DNA from: Lingula anatina
Lineage: Eukaryota > Animalia > Brachiopoda
Direction of reading: 5' to 3'
DNA length: 64,000 bases
NCBI GenBank assembly: GCA_051362555.1
Contig: CM120643.1
Location: 7,874,001-7,938,000, forward strand
Of the stretch, positions 1-12,729 are shown one piece after another (position 1 is the stretch's first letter; each line of letters begins with the position of its first letter). The notes beneath the pieces were generated by a model that worked only from the letters and a program-made list of their open reading frames with translations, was not told the DNA's origin and ran no database searches. Position numbers and translations under genes: made by a program.

Positions 1-1258
1 GAGGGCGCTGCAAGCGGCTGCTGGAGGTCATACTCGCAGTTACTGACTTTTCATGATTTACTGTAGTGAGTTCTTTGACTGTGTAACATATCACTGTCTG
101 GAGGCTATCATTTTCTTTAATATCTTAGCTTAAAGTTAATACTGACATCAAACTGTTGATATGGTTTTCTGGGGGTGTTCCTTTCTTTTGAATGGCATCT
201 TATGTCAGATTTGATATCATTGACCAAAATATCTCACAACAGAAGACTAGATGTTTTTATCACTCAGTGACATACTTTTTTAATGACTCAAGCCAAAAAA
301 TAATTAATCAGCACTCAAAAATAACAATGATAAAAAATATTCCATATTAAGTAGCAACCCTGTATATGGCGGACCCCTACAGTTCCTCTTCATAGAGGAT
401 CACATGCAAAATTTTAAGGCAACTTGTAGCCTTTTCAATTGATGTTGTAAAGTAAATGACTTTCACTAACTGCAGATAAAGATTATAACGGAATCAAACA
501 AGTTAAAGGAAAGGGAGTTATTGAGTGTTGCGCCGACAGACAATTCACAACGTAAATAACAACAACAACAATCTACACGCAATATGGTAATGTGCTTATC
601 GGTAACGCAGTGGCGGATTTAGAGGTTTCTGAAAAATATATCGCACCAATATTCCCCTCTTGAAATTAGAATTTTGTCTAACCTTTGTATATTTTTAATT
701 GGAAAATCTACTTATTGATTATTATTCCATTTTTTCACAAAAATTATTTGTTTTTCTTAAGAAAATTAAAGTGAAAGGGAAAAGATTAGAGGGAGAAAAA
801 GAGCAACTATTGAACATACATATTTTCCCAAAAAATATCCTTTATTACAGTGAAATAATGAAGAACCAAGGAATTATAACTCCTTGGAAGAACATACATA
901 CTATTGGCATGCATGTACCAAAAACAAAAAGACTTTCACTAGTATCTAAAAATGAAAACCAATATATCTTCCCACCTCCAAAAGAATTAACAAAATTTCA
1001 AGTATGGCATTACAGTATGGACAGACCTCTATTCAAACAAATAAAAAATACATCAGTAGAACAATTTTAAATATCTAATTTCCTTGATCTGAAAACAGTA
1101 AAGGAACGAATCTGATAAACTACACTGATATAATTTTATTTCCATTTCTTATTCTTTACTTCACAATACACGCTAACAGATTTACCATCATTTTAATATA
1201 AACAACTAACAAAATTGTTAAGATGCAGAAAATGTCAAAAGAACATGTTTACATATGC

Positions 1259-1550
1259 AACTAAAAAAGCACTCGGAGAGCGCAGACCTCTGCCAAGTCA
1301 GCAAAGTCTCCACCCAATGCCGTTTCACCCCTAAATTTTCATTCTATAATGATTAAGTTTTTTATTTTTGATTATTGATTGATTATTGATTGATAATTGA
1401 TCCAGATCACCACCAAAAACTATTCATCTGTTCTTTGGCCCACTTCTGACAGTTCCTGAAAAATTCATTAAAATCGGTCCACAGCTTTTTGAGTTATGTG
1501 GATGACAGACAAACAAGGGTGAAAACATAACCTCCTTGGCAGAGGTAATT
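1259..1550 (-). mobile_element. Non-autonomous Helentron/DINE-1-like element, copy 1
   Basis: Reverse complement begins TAATTACCTCTGCCAAGGAGGTTATGTTTT, has a GTTTGTCTGTC tract and an ATCAATA microrepeat, and ends CTTGGCAGAGGTCTGCGCTCTCCGAGTGCTTTTTTAGTT (subTIR plus small hairpin). Homologous to 42612-42870. Confidence 0.75.
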
Positions 1551-2661
1551 AGTACAATAATGAGACAGTTAACATGCCAAAGAAATGAAAATAGCATAGG
1601 TGACAGCAATGTACAGACATGGCTGAAAATAAAAATCATATTTAAGTGAATGTTGCAATGGTGTGGGACAAATTTTCCTCCAGCCTTCTTAAAGCTTTTA
1701 TATTTGTACAACATTAATAAAATTTCCATCTGAAGACGTCTATACAAATGTCACATGACATACAGTTTAAAGCCAGAAGGAAAAAGCATTATTATGTCTT
1801 GTATATTGTAAAATTAAAATTTATTTTCTACCCTTTTCTGAACCAAGACAAAAGTCCTTGGAATGTCGAGTACACCAAGGGAGCCAACACAGATGTATTT
1901 CTAGGATAATGTATTTTAAAAAACAAACTGCAAAGTGCTATTTTGGATTTTCATCTGGATTCTTCATTTCAACTCCACTGTTACATTAACTAAGCTGTAT
2001 CATTTTCGTCACATTTTTAAATACAACAAAAATATCATTATTACGGGTCAGATTATACTTGTCATGGAACTTTTTTGTTGGTTGTATTTGCCTTAGCACT
2101 TCTTTTAATTCAGTCCCTTAATCCAGTTGATATATGTGCTAGCTACTATGTAATAATACAGTCTCATGGTTACGTCTTGCAATCTGTAAAGCCTACAGAT
2201 TAATCAAGATTTTAAAAATCTGTTAACTGATTTCTTATTGTTAAATTAGCAACAAATAAACCAAATATTGGTATGAGAGTTCTTTGAGGAATATTTTATG
2301 TGCAAGCATGTGGGCTAAAGTTTCTGCAAACAGAACATCAGCACAAACACTATATTCAAACAGGAGGACTGACTCTTTAATACGGTAACATTTTATCTGG
2401 AATTATTTAGTAAACAGGAATTCCAATTCTTCATCAGAGTTGGAAAGCTGCACCCATAAAAGAACAAATATATTATATGGGTTTAATATAACACTTCATA
2501 ATAAAGTTCCATCATAACTACCAACATCTATTCTGCTTTGTGTGAGACATATTTCCTCTCGAATTTTGCTGCGTCTGTGGAATGATCATCAAGAATTTTT
2601 ATGCTCAAAAAATCTTTGGTCTCATAAATCTCTATTAGTGACTAAAACATCAGTGTTGTAA

Positions 2662-4368
2662 TCAGTTTTCCATTACTGAAGGACAGAGTTCCTTATGTGG
2701 TATATGGACTGTGATCTCTGATGACTGGTTGTCTAATACTCCAATGGAGTGAGTGGGACTGGTGATGTCCTTTTTTATTTTCATGGATTTAGCAGGTTCT
2801 AATCCTGTTTTATCGTCATACACTGGGGTGGAGAAATTGGTTGGTTTGTTGTAGTCTTCGAAATTCTCCATTTTGTTGTACTTTGGTTCCATTGCATCCT
2901 ACGAGAAAAAAGATGAACACTTTAGACCAATGAATTAAAAAAAATTAAAGTTAATGAAGCATAAAATATTCACAGGCAATTTGTGAAAAAAGACAAAAGA
3001 ACTAAACAAAACAAGCAAAAAATAAAATAAAATAAAATAATTAATTAAATTAAAAAAGATGAAGCTGTATACATGCTTTTCTGATATATATGCAAAAAAC
3101 TGCATACTTCATAGTTCCGAATCTTCTGTCTTTTGTCTCAACCGAGTATCTAAATTAAACCCTCAAATCTTTTACTGATCACATTTCTATACAATATGTG
3201 ACTATATACCCCATTCTGTGCCACAGAGCTGTCATATACAAATTCTGGCATGCTGATTGCCACAACATTGCCTCCATGGAAAGCCATCGTTCCTGCAGGT
3301 GCCCCAGTCTGAACTCGCCCCCACCACTGGAATGCAGGGCCTTGATTGTACTGAAATCATAGCAACAACTATTTCAATATCCAGGGGAATCATTTGATAC
3401 ATTACCAAAAGATTAAGATCTGGACTTATAATAAATATCAAATGAATTACAAAAAAAATCGCTGTAATGATTAATGATTATACCTGATGTGCCTTGAAGC
3501 AAAATCTGTTTGATAATGAATACCTTATTTTCTAAGATGTATTTGATATCATCTAAGATGGCTTTCACAAATCTTTCCTAAAATTCTTTGCAAGAGTGAG
3601 AAAGAGAGAGAGGGGCAGAGAAAGAGAAATCTGATCCTCTTCTTTGCAGAAATAGGAACACAACTTTTATGACCACTAATAGGATGACCACAAGTATAAT
3701 GGAAACTACAGTGGCAGCTGTTTCTGAAATAACATATTTACTGCGAATGTTTTAACTCAGAAAGGGAAATAATTCATAGAGGGAGTAAAATCAAAATTCT
3801 GAATCACAAAATTAATACATTTTATCCAAAACTGAACACTTTTACATATGGTCAAATAATCATTTCTTGGCAAAATCTAATGTAAACTAAGTAATTTTTT
3901 CAGTACCTTGTATCTGTTGCAGAGGATGCATGACCTTGAGGTCCATGGGCCTGTGGATTGTGTTGACCAGTGATGTCTGGTTAGTGCCTGTGTACTTGTC
4001 AGCTTTTTCAATACTCAGATGGTTCCAGTCAGTCCAATATATCCAGTCTTCAAGTACAGCAATGGCAAATATGTGGACTATTCTGACTTCTGATATGACC
4101 AATTAACTGTCTGTTGCTGCCATCAAGGTTGACATACCTGAAATCTAATGTACAGATGTATTAGATTTTTTTTGGAACAAGAAAAACTACAGAACCTGCA
4201 GTGAACTGTTTATGTCTCAGTTAGAAAAAGATCAACTTAATGACCTCCAGACCTGCTTGGCTGTGGTGCAGGTAATAACCTGTGACACTACCACATACTA
4301 AATTTGGTTACATTTGCCAACTGAAGATGTTATAAACATAATACAAAAAAAGATGTTATAAACATAAT

Positions 4369-4406
<38 letters not shown>

Positions 4407-5850
4407 AACAACAACAACAACAACACAGGCATATATAAACAAATATAAGTCTGTCCAGTAAATATATCTGGAATAAAATGCCTAGCATATACGACATATT
4501 TTAAATAAGATATATATAAATCAATTAGTTATATCAAACATGAGTATGCAGTCCCTGGCTTTTAATCTGGTCATTAAAATATTTATTTGTATTATCATTA
4601 TCTATTCACAAAATTTCAAGTTCTTTTTTTAACCATTTGGGACACATTCCTATTAATCTTACGTATATTATGCTTATTAAACAAAATGAGAGGAATAAAT
4701 TATAATTGAAAATAACCTTGTCCACAGAATTAATATTAAGGGCAGAATTAATATATGATGAAACCTCTCTGCTAAGATATGCCTAGAATCATAGTATCAT
4801 AGCAGAGAAGACTAGAAGATGAAACATGTTATGACAGGATAACAAATGTAAAAGAATATCCATCAAACATTAAGAATCAAAGACAAATTTCATGACAAAA
4901 TTTCCTAATAAACCAGCATTTAAAACCTCAATATATGTCTTACTCTTGGGTCAAAATAGCAAAAATGATATCACTGGACAACTAGATTGCTCAACCTTGG
5001 TTTTAAAATACTAAAAGCCTGATAGGGGGTACCTATCTTATCCAGCTGTCCAGTACCATCAGTATATGTCTATTACCAGCAGTACCTTCCCATCCAATCA
5101 ACTGCCATGCTCTTACCATTTGGAACGTTATGGTTGATAATCACCTCCACATTAATTGGAGCCATTAGCGTGCATACGGTATATCCTGTGGGTAGTGATA
5201 TTGATGATGTAGACCATATCTTCTTTGATATTGAAATCCAAGGCAACTGCACTGCCCAGGCCTTGTCCAACTAGTTGGTTGTCTTGACCGTCCAGGGACA
5301 GCTTCCTGATGTAATAGCTGTTGGTAAAGACAATGAAAGGCTCAATATCTGAAAATAATACTTTTTTCTAATTTAAGGTTTATTTTAATAAAAAAAGATG
5401 AAAGCAGAAGAACTGAATATCTTCACTTAAAATCAAGTAAATAGGGTATTTCAAACTAAGTTTATCACTGCAAAATTAATACAAAAATGGTTATTTGAAA
5501 TTGATTCAAAACTATAAGGCTCACAATTGCATCTTTTTGAAAGATCCAAGACCAATTGATTTGCCCGATATAAATAGAAACTTAAGTAGCAGTCAATACA
5601 AGCCTTTGATTCAAAAGGGTGACATTAGAGTTGTAACCCTCAGTACTGGAAAAACAAACAGTAAAATTACAATAACAAAAACTACCATCAAGAAAAAAGC
5701 TCTGCTACCTACTAGTACTGTCTCTTCTTTTGCGGATCTGCCCATCAGCTGTCTCTAGGTAGCCATCAACACACTTACAGAGGAAAGAGCTCACAGTATT
5801 CTCACACAACTGGCTGCACACCCAGGGAGTCTCTTCACATTCATTGATAT
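2662..5850 (-). pseudogene. LRP2/megalin-like LDL-receptor-related pseudogene (partial, six exon remnants)
   Basis: AG/GT-bounded exons: 5719-5850 cbEGF ([31 protein letters not shown], last Cys to Arg); 5086-5348 propeller start (IEPFIVFTNSYYIRKLSLDG...MAVDWMGR, frameshifted); 3907-4137 (YVNLDGSNR...EDWIYWTDWNHLSIEKADKYTG, frameshifted); acceptor at 3723 TM exon (TAATVVSIILVVILLVV...QRR); 3210-3350 and 2662-2898 cytoplasmic tail (TNFSTPVYD, a degenerate FxNPxY). Confidence 0.85.
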
Positions 5851-6524
5851 CTGCAACAGAAATAAAAATATTTTACTGAATGGCATTTGAAAACAGCATC
5901 AAATGTAATTTCCACTAGATTTTATGTGATGGCCAATGAACTCTCACACATATGTATGACTTTAGATGTGAAGAAAATTTTCTTCTGAACAGAATCTCTT
6001 AAACTGTCAATTTTTCAAAATGTTCAAATACAAAGAAAATTGAGTAAATCAGAATTACCTAATAGTATATTCTGAACTAACTCACACCAGGGAATTATAT
6101 CGGAGGGAATGGAAACGGGTGGGGGGGTGACAATTTCAAGCAATATCATTGGTCCTTATCAACAGAGAGCTGATAACAAAAGAACCCTGTGTTAAGGCCA
6201 CGTGATTTAACAAAGACGAGCAATATAGCCAATCACAGAATACCTAACACAAATTATGTGCATGCGCGAGCACTAAGGAGGAAAATTTAAATGCTCTCTA
6301 GACTGTACTTCTAAATTCCTGTTTAAGGAGAGTGGATGGGGAAATGAAGCAATAATATGGTATATTAGACCCTCTGGACTATGTGAGTACAAAAACTTAT
6401 GTGTTTACGCCACATGAGAAGGTAAAATTTGACATGTTTGCTACCAATCTATCACAAGTGCTTTCAGCCATTACTACGCCATCTTGGTCTTTGTTCGAAC
6501 CCTAGCCAACCTTCGTTGTTCACA

Positions 6525-8205
6525 ATGCCGTCGGATAAAAAAAAATTCTATGCAGTAGCAGCAGGTAGAGACATAGGAATCTTCCTGCAATGGTCAATGG
6601 CGCAGCAAAGTACAAACAAAATCGCTAGGGCCTGCCATAAAAGCTTTAACTCACTACGTACAGGAGGCAGCACTATTTCTGGACTCTTACGGGATTACCA
6701 ACAGTGGAGTGTTTGTGGATGAAGATACCAACGTTAGCCTCCCCGAATACAGTCCTACTCTATGTACTCTGTCAGCACTTGAGGGGAGCTCTGATCCCCT
6801 ATATCAGCCCATACGATGACCTGGTCACATTAACCTGACCGGATCAGGTTCACTCCTTTTTAGATGATGGGGGAGCAGACCCTACTAGTGACACTATGGA
6901 CGCAATATCTAACCCTTGCTCTCTTTGTAATAGGGAAGAAGATGAACACATGATACAATGCAATGTCTGTAAATTGTGGATACACTATCAATGCACTGAA
7001 CTGCCAGCATACCAATTATCTATTCTTACACAATCAACAAGGAAATTTACATGTATCTGTTGTGTTTAAGTTGACACTGAGATTGTAAAAGCCCTCAATG
7101 GAAAGTCAAATATAAACAAACAAGATAGATGTAACAAAATCAACATGGCCACACAAACATTGGCTTCATTAAACACCATGGCAGTCAACACCCACAGCCA
7201 ACAAAAGACAGCAGTAAGCCTAATTTTGTGCACATTGCAACACAGACTGTAACTGCACATTCCACCCACCAGCACTCCCAAACTGTGTCTGAAATGACCA
7301 CCTCAGGATCCCAGACATCACCTCAACACAAAGATGAAGGGCCTAACTCAACCAACAATATTTGCAAGTCAGCTCTATGTGACTTTGAAAACAGTATTAT
7401 CACCAAATTCCACAGCACTATGAAAAAAAACATTGATCTCAAACTAAGACTGCTCCAAAAGGACCTTGAAATCACCACAAGGGAAAGAGACGAGTTTGCC
7501 TCTAAAGATTGAGAAGATGAACAAAGAATTGACACAAACACGAACAGCTCTCGAAAATTCTAAAAAGCTCCAAGAAAGATGAATCTACACAGCAACAACT
7601 ACACCGCCTTCGCACAGACGAAGAACAAACAGCTAGAGAGAAGAACAACAAATGGAAGGCAGAGAAAGGTGAGATCAGCAAAAAGCTTGAAGACTACCTG
7701 ACCAAGTTGAGTGCCTTTGAAAGAAAAGATTGAAAAACTAGTAAGACAAGAAGCAGAACTGAGAAAAATGAATGACAAGATGAAAAGTTATTGCAGACAA
7801 GCCCAGCTAGCCTTATCAATGGCTAATTTTAATCAGCAGTATAGTCAGAAAAATAACATTAAGTTCCTTGATTGGCCAGAATCCCCCTAAGAAGACTTGA
7901 GATCCTCAAGGAGCAAGCAAACGTGAATGTAAACCCAGCTAACATCCTGGCTATACATCAGATTCCCGGACGAAATAGTGCTGCACGCCCAGTCATATAG
8001 CCAGAATGGTCAACCAAGAGTCAAAGGTGGAAATAATCATACATAAAAGGACACTGAAAGATGCATTCTACATGTACGACCACCTCACACAACTGAATGC
8101 TGAGCTCATTAAGTCATTAAAAAACCATGAAAAGGTTGAATCGGCCTGGTATTTTAATGAAAAAGTGTTCGTATAGGACTCGAAAAGAAGCATAAATTTG
8201 ATATA
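6525..8205 (+). mobile_element. Degenerate LINE ORF1-like coding region: RNase H1 N-terminal (HBD/Cauli_VI-like) domain, PHD finger, coiled coil, L1/CR1-type ORF1 C-terminus
   Basis: MPSDKKKFYAVAAGRDIGIFLQW...ACHKSF; CSLCNREEDEHMIQCNVCKLWIHYQCTEL...FTCICC; NFNQQYSQKNNIKFLDWPESP; ILAIHQIPGRNSAARPVI; MYDHLTQLNAELIKSLKNHEKVESAWYFNEKVF. Several stops and frameshifts. Confidence 0.7.
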
Positions 8206-8321
8206 AATGTAACATGTATATATATGAGGTTGCATATGTATGATTGTGGTTGTGTTAGTGTAGTATGTTCGTGCCTTTTCGTTTGTGTTCATTGCGTCTC
8301 CATTTCTTTATATAACACGCC

Positions 8322-8489
8322 CAGGGGCGGATCCAGAGATATTTTCTGACAGTCTTCCAAATTATCTTTGTTGATCCAACCTCCATTTTTGACCGTCTTC
8401 CGACAGAAAAAAATAGATACCAGTCAATGTAAACTTGAAAATCTGACCGTCTTCCGGAAGACCCAGAAGACGGCCTAAATCCGCCCCTG
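8322..8489. mobile_element. MITE with CAGGGGCGGAT TIRs and 6-bp TSD
   Basis: CAGGGGCGGAT...ATCCGCCCCTG flanked by CACGCC (8316-8321 and 8490-8495). Confidence 0.85.
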
Positions 8490-9244
8490 CACGCCCCTCT
8501 TTCTTACGCGGCACATTCGTCTCTCGTTTCTGCCACGTCAACTTACAGGTGAGATAGACTTAATAGGTTTGCTTTTCATTTTCTTTGTGTTTATAATTTG
8601 TATTTCTTTAAGTTATTTTGTTTGATATTTTCAGTGCTTGTCATTTGTTCAAGTTTAGTTTAATCATAGAAATAAGTATCTTTAGTTCATGAATGTTGTT
8701 CACATAAATTTTTCTATGTTAGTTCAGTTCTGCATTAAGTTCATTTTATTTATTTGTAAAGTATTAATTAGACATTTGTTTCTTCCACGTCAACTTACAG
8801 AGTAAACTCGGGTTCTTAATAAAGTACAGTGAAAGCTGTTACATTATGAAATCCCAAGAAGAAGAAACCCTCATTGCATTAGCTCAATTTCTCTCCTCTG
8901 CTTTTGCTAGGGAGGATCTACAAGACAGTGCTGCACCTATTGGCAATTGAGTAATAGTAATAAAAACTTGGGTAAATTACAAAAACTGTCTTTCATAAGT
9001 TAGTAGTCATACACATTGTAATTGGTTAACAGCATACTTATTTAAAAAAACATTCATATTTTCATTTTCATCTACCCAGGTGGGTATATACATTACAATG
9101 AATAAACTATGAAACTATTAAAATCATAAATGCCCTCCACAGATATCATCATATTACACCATACACAATTCTTATTCTCAGACTTTACAACCACTGAACC
9201 AATGACACCTCAGGCAAGTGAACCTTTGGAACAGCTGGGCATTT

Positions 9245-9350
9245 GCATCATCAAACTATCAGACCAATGAACCTTCTGACTATTGAACCTTTTGTACCAT
9301 TGGATCTTGGCATCATCAAACTATCAGACCAATGAACCTTCTGACTACTG
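9245..9350. repeat. Short direct repeat (~38-bp core, 2 copies)
   Basis: GCATCATCAAACTATCAGACCAATGAACCTTCTGACTA at about 9246 and 9310. Confidence 0.75.
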
Positions 9351-10025
9351 TCATGAATGACAAATCATTTAACAATGAACTTACAACAATTTCATAAACT
9401 CACAAAATGACAATATTTAGTCATTTTAAACAAAATATCAGAATCAGAAATAAAGACAAAAATACAGGAAGATATCTACATTGCGCCTTCAATGTGATAT
9501 ACTTACTGCAGCATCATACCCTGCTGAAGATAATAAAACAATATGTCATAGAATAATCCAATCATGCTGATTGGATGCTGCAAGAATTAGAATTAAAACC
9601 AAAATACAGTTTATCAGTTATAGGGTTAACAACAGATGTGTCACAAAGTGCTGACTATGGCAATGACACTGGACAGACACAGTGATCAGAATATAGACAG
9701 ACTGAATGTGTCTGTATATAATAAATATGTGATAAAATTTGCATTGGGCAACTTAATGACCTCACAATAACAGAGATCATTTATAAAATATCATATCTGA
9801 CCTGAAATATATATACACATTTAAACATTTTCACTGGTGTCCTTTTTCTCTTCAGTGAAGGCTTATTGTCTTCTACAATCTCACTGTTTATGCTATCTCT
9901 ACTAGTACTGTAATAGTTTCCATGCATATGGGGAAAATTATTATAACACATCACAACTGAGCTGAAATATCAACTCACTTTTAAACATTTCCAATGTGTC
10001 TATTTGTGTTCAGTGACAGAGTATT

Positions 10026-10582
10026 AGAGAGTTTCCGTTGCCGGTGAGATACGCCGGCTAGATTAATACGTCATCGGTATGTGCGCACTTGTGACGTTCA
10101 CCGCATTCATATACCGTCGTCCAATCTAGTCTGCGGAATACAAGCGCTCCTATCTAGCCAGTGCGGAAGATTATTGAAACTAGTTATTAAAGGTTATGTT
10201 TGCTCATTTATATGCCTTATATAATTTTTTACAATAGTTCAAGTGTACGTTCATGCAAATTTCGACTTTTTAAGCGAGAGGAGTCGCTAGTTTTGGTTTA
10301 TCAGGCACGTAGTCGGGGGTTGATCTTACTAACCGCCATATTTGTCGTAAAAAATTGAATTTTTGGGTAATATATGTCTCCTTTTTCATAAAAAAAGAAT
10401 CTCCACCTTGGAAATAGATGGCTAAGGGGCCGTATATTGTTAATTATATTGGAATGAGCGGGGCGGGAAGCGCCAGCATTCTGGAACTTTACCGGAACGA
10501 GAAAAGAGTAGCGCGTTACTAGATACATTTGCACATACGTAACAATCTAGCCGTCGTATCCCAACTGCACCGGAAACTCTCT
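10026..10582. mobile_element. MITE with AGAGAGTTTCCG TIRs and ATT TSD (PIF/Harbinger-ISL2EU group-like)
   Basis: att|AGAGAGTTTCCG...GATACGCCGGCTAGATT and AATCTAGCCGTCGTATC...CGGAAACTCTCT|att. Confidence 0.75.
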
Positions 10583-10589
10583 ATTGTCC

Positions 10590-10840
10590 AACACAATCTC
10601 CTTGCTTTATATACCCTGCCTCTAAAGTTTCCATGCATGTGGGGGAAATTGATTCTTTGTGTTACCTGGAACCCACATTTGTTGTGTAATTGTACTGTTC
10701 CATATAACTGGCTCCACAGGATCTGTCGTGTTTGGAAGTCTTGTTCTGGGTGGTTCTGGCAGCATTCTCTCTCAATCAGGATAAAATTCACCTCTTGGTC
10801 TGCCAGCAGCTCTTTACACAATTCCAGAAGTGTATTTGCT
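10590..10840 (-). mobile_element. P-element/THAP9-type transposase C-terminal remnant
   Basis: NTLLELCKELLADQEVNFILIER..CQNHPEQDF...HGNFRGR resembles the degraded (F/Y)ILxERFxQDPLExxF...RGN.RG motif. Confidence 0.55.
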
Positions 10841-11798
10841 AAAAACATAAATGAAATGAGTGTAACTGTTTGCAATGCAATTGGATCATCTCTGTAATAT
10901 AGTGCAAACTATTATTAGGATACACTATTCATATACAGGATGCTTTTGTAAAATGCACAATATCATTTTTTTATCACCATGCTTGATATACATCTTGTTA
11001 TTGCTCATATGTAATGAGATCAAATAAAAATATAAGTTTTCATTTTATGTGTTTTTTGCACTTAATGACAATAAAACTTAAATTCACACTACAATTAAAA
11101 CAGTAATATATTAATTTTATTCATAATAATCCATGCTTTCTATATTGAAATAATCATTGGTGTTTGTGTCTCTGCACAAAGGAAAGAGGAGAACAAATTA
11201 CCTATCCTGTCTTTTGCATAAAAAAGTAACCACAAACATTTGTATGCTATCTGCAAGAGGTCCAGTCATCTGTTTACAATGGCTGTCCTGTCTCTGGCTG
11301 TTCATTCATCCTAAAACTTGCCACATCCCGTGTCTTACACAACTGGGTGAGATGAAGATGTTCTTGTTGCTGCCTTTTTATGTCTGCTTCTTATAAAATA
11401 CATCCCCCCATGTTAAGCCAGATAAAGTCAGTTCACCTAGAAGACACCATGCTGTATGGAGACTGGAGCTGGAAAAAGAGACATGACAATGTATAAGTGA
11501 AGGAACACTAATTATCTTAATACAAAGAAAAGACAAAAACCTGACAGTCCACTAGAGCCAGTTGGGAAAAATATTTAAACTATGGTAAACTGCCAAGTGC
11601 CCACCTTATATGGTAGACATCATTGTTGTGGTGATTGAACTGTGATAAGTTAAAAATGACCTTGCCTTTTGGAGGCTGCTGGGCACAATTGTGACTGCTG
11701 AGACCAGCACATTCTCAGATTGAACATAGTTAAATAAACAGAACTCTGCCAAATCTGTTGGAATTTTTGTGAAATTTGCACACAATATGCCTAACAAT

Positions 11799-12729
11799 AG
11801 AGTCTTTTCCACGGTCACGTGACTTCCGCTCAATTATCCGTGGGAACGCGAGATTTTGCGGGATTTGAAGTTTCAGGGGGAAAGTGTGGAGTGTACACGA
11901 CGGACGCCATATCGAGGAGTGCTCATTTCAATCTGAATTTTCAAAGTTTCGTAACATGTTAACACCTGATTTTTTTCGAAAACACATTCATGGGAGCAGT
12001 TGGAATAGAAATTTAGCAGAAGTGCCTGATGACTTTTCAATGAAAGAACTAAAAATGTACCTCATCGACAGCAACGGTACTTTTGTAGTATGCCCCCCAC
12101 CCTGTAACTTCCTGAAACCTTCATTTTTCAAACATTTTTTTACAGTGTCTTTTGCACCTATGTCAAAGCTGTTGAAATAAAATGTTTTTGTAATTACCTG
12201 TGGTCTTTTTATTAGTTTTAATCACGTTTAATCCACCCCATCGAAATACAATGTGAAAATTTACAATGTAACCGCAGCTTGCTGCGTTTTCGTTGGCTAA
12301 CTCTACCTTATTTTATGTGAACATAGGATTGATACATTGTATACTTGGATTTGCTCTGTGAAATTATTATGAGCTACTTGTTCACATAAAATTACCTTAG
12401 GGTTAGCCAACGAAAATGTGTCAAGTTATTGACTGCGGGTGTAAATTGAAGATTCTAACTTTATATTTCAATGGGCTGGATTAAATGTGATTAACACTAA
12501 TAAAAAATCCACAGGTAATTACAAAAGCATTTTATTTCAACAGCTTTGACATGGATAAACAATAAAATGTAAAAAACTGTTTGAAAAGTGAAAGTTACAG
12601 AAAGTTACAGAGTGAGGGGGGGGTATACTACAAAATACCGAAGGCCCCTTCTACTCTTTCCTCCTGAGAAACAGTCCCGCACAAAATGGCGCGAACTGCG
12701 CATGCTCACGATTTCGTGGAAAAGACTCT
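11799..12729. mobile_element. MITE with AGAGTCTTTTCCACG TIRs, carrying a nested MITE
   Basis: aat|AGAGTCTTTTCCACG...CGTGGAAAAGACTCT|att; AT flanks on both sides. Confidence 0.8.
12075..12640. mobile_element. Long-TIR foldback MITE (CGGTA...TACCG) with AA TSD
   Basis: aa|CGGTACTTTTGTAGTATGCCCCCC...GGGGGGTATACTACAAAATACCG|aa. The arms stay imperfectly inverted for more than 150 bp (TCAAAGCTGTTGAAATAAAATG / CATTTTATTTCAACAGCTTTGA). A second copy starts at 30774. Confidence 0.85.

Noticed and set aside
1-240. Nearly open minus-strand frame running off the window edge
   Set aside because: Contains a stop and has no identifiable motif.
699-1070. 123-aa ORF
   Set aside because: Very AT-rich, non-ATG start, no recognisable domain or exon structure.
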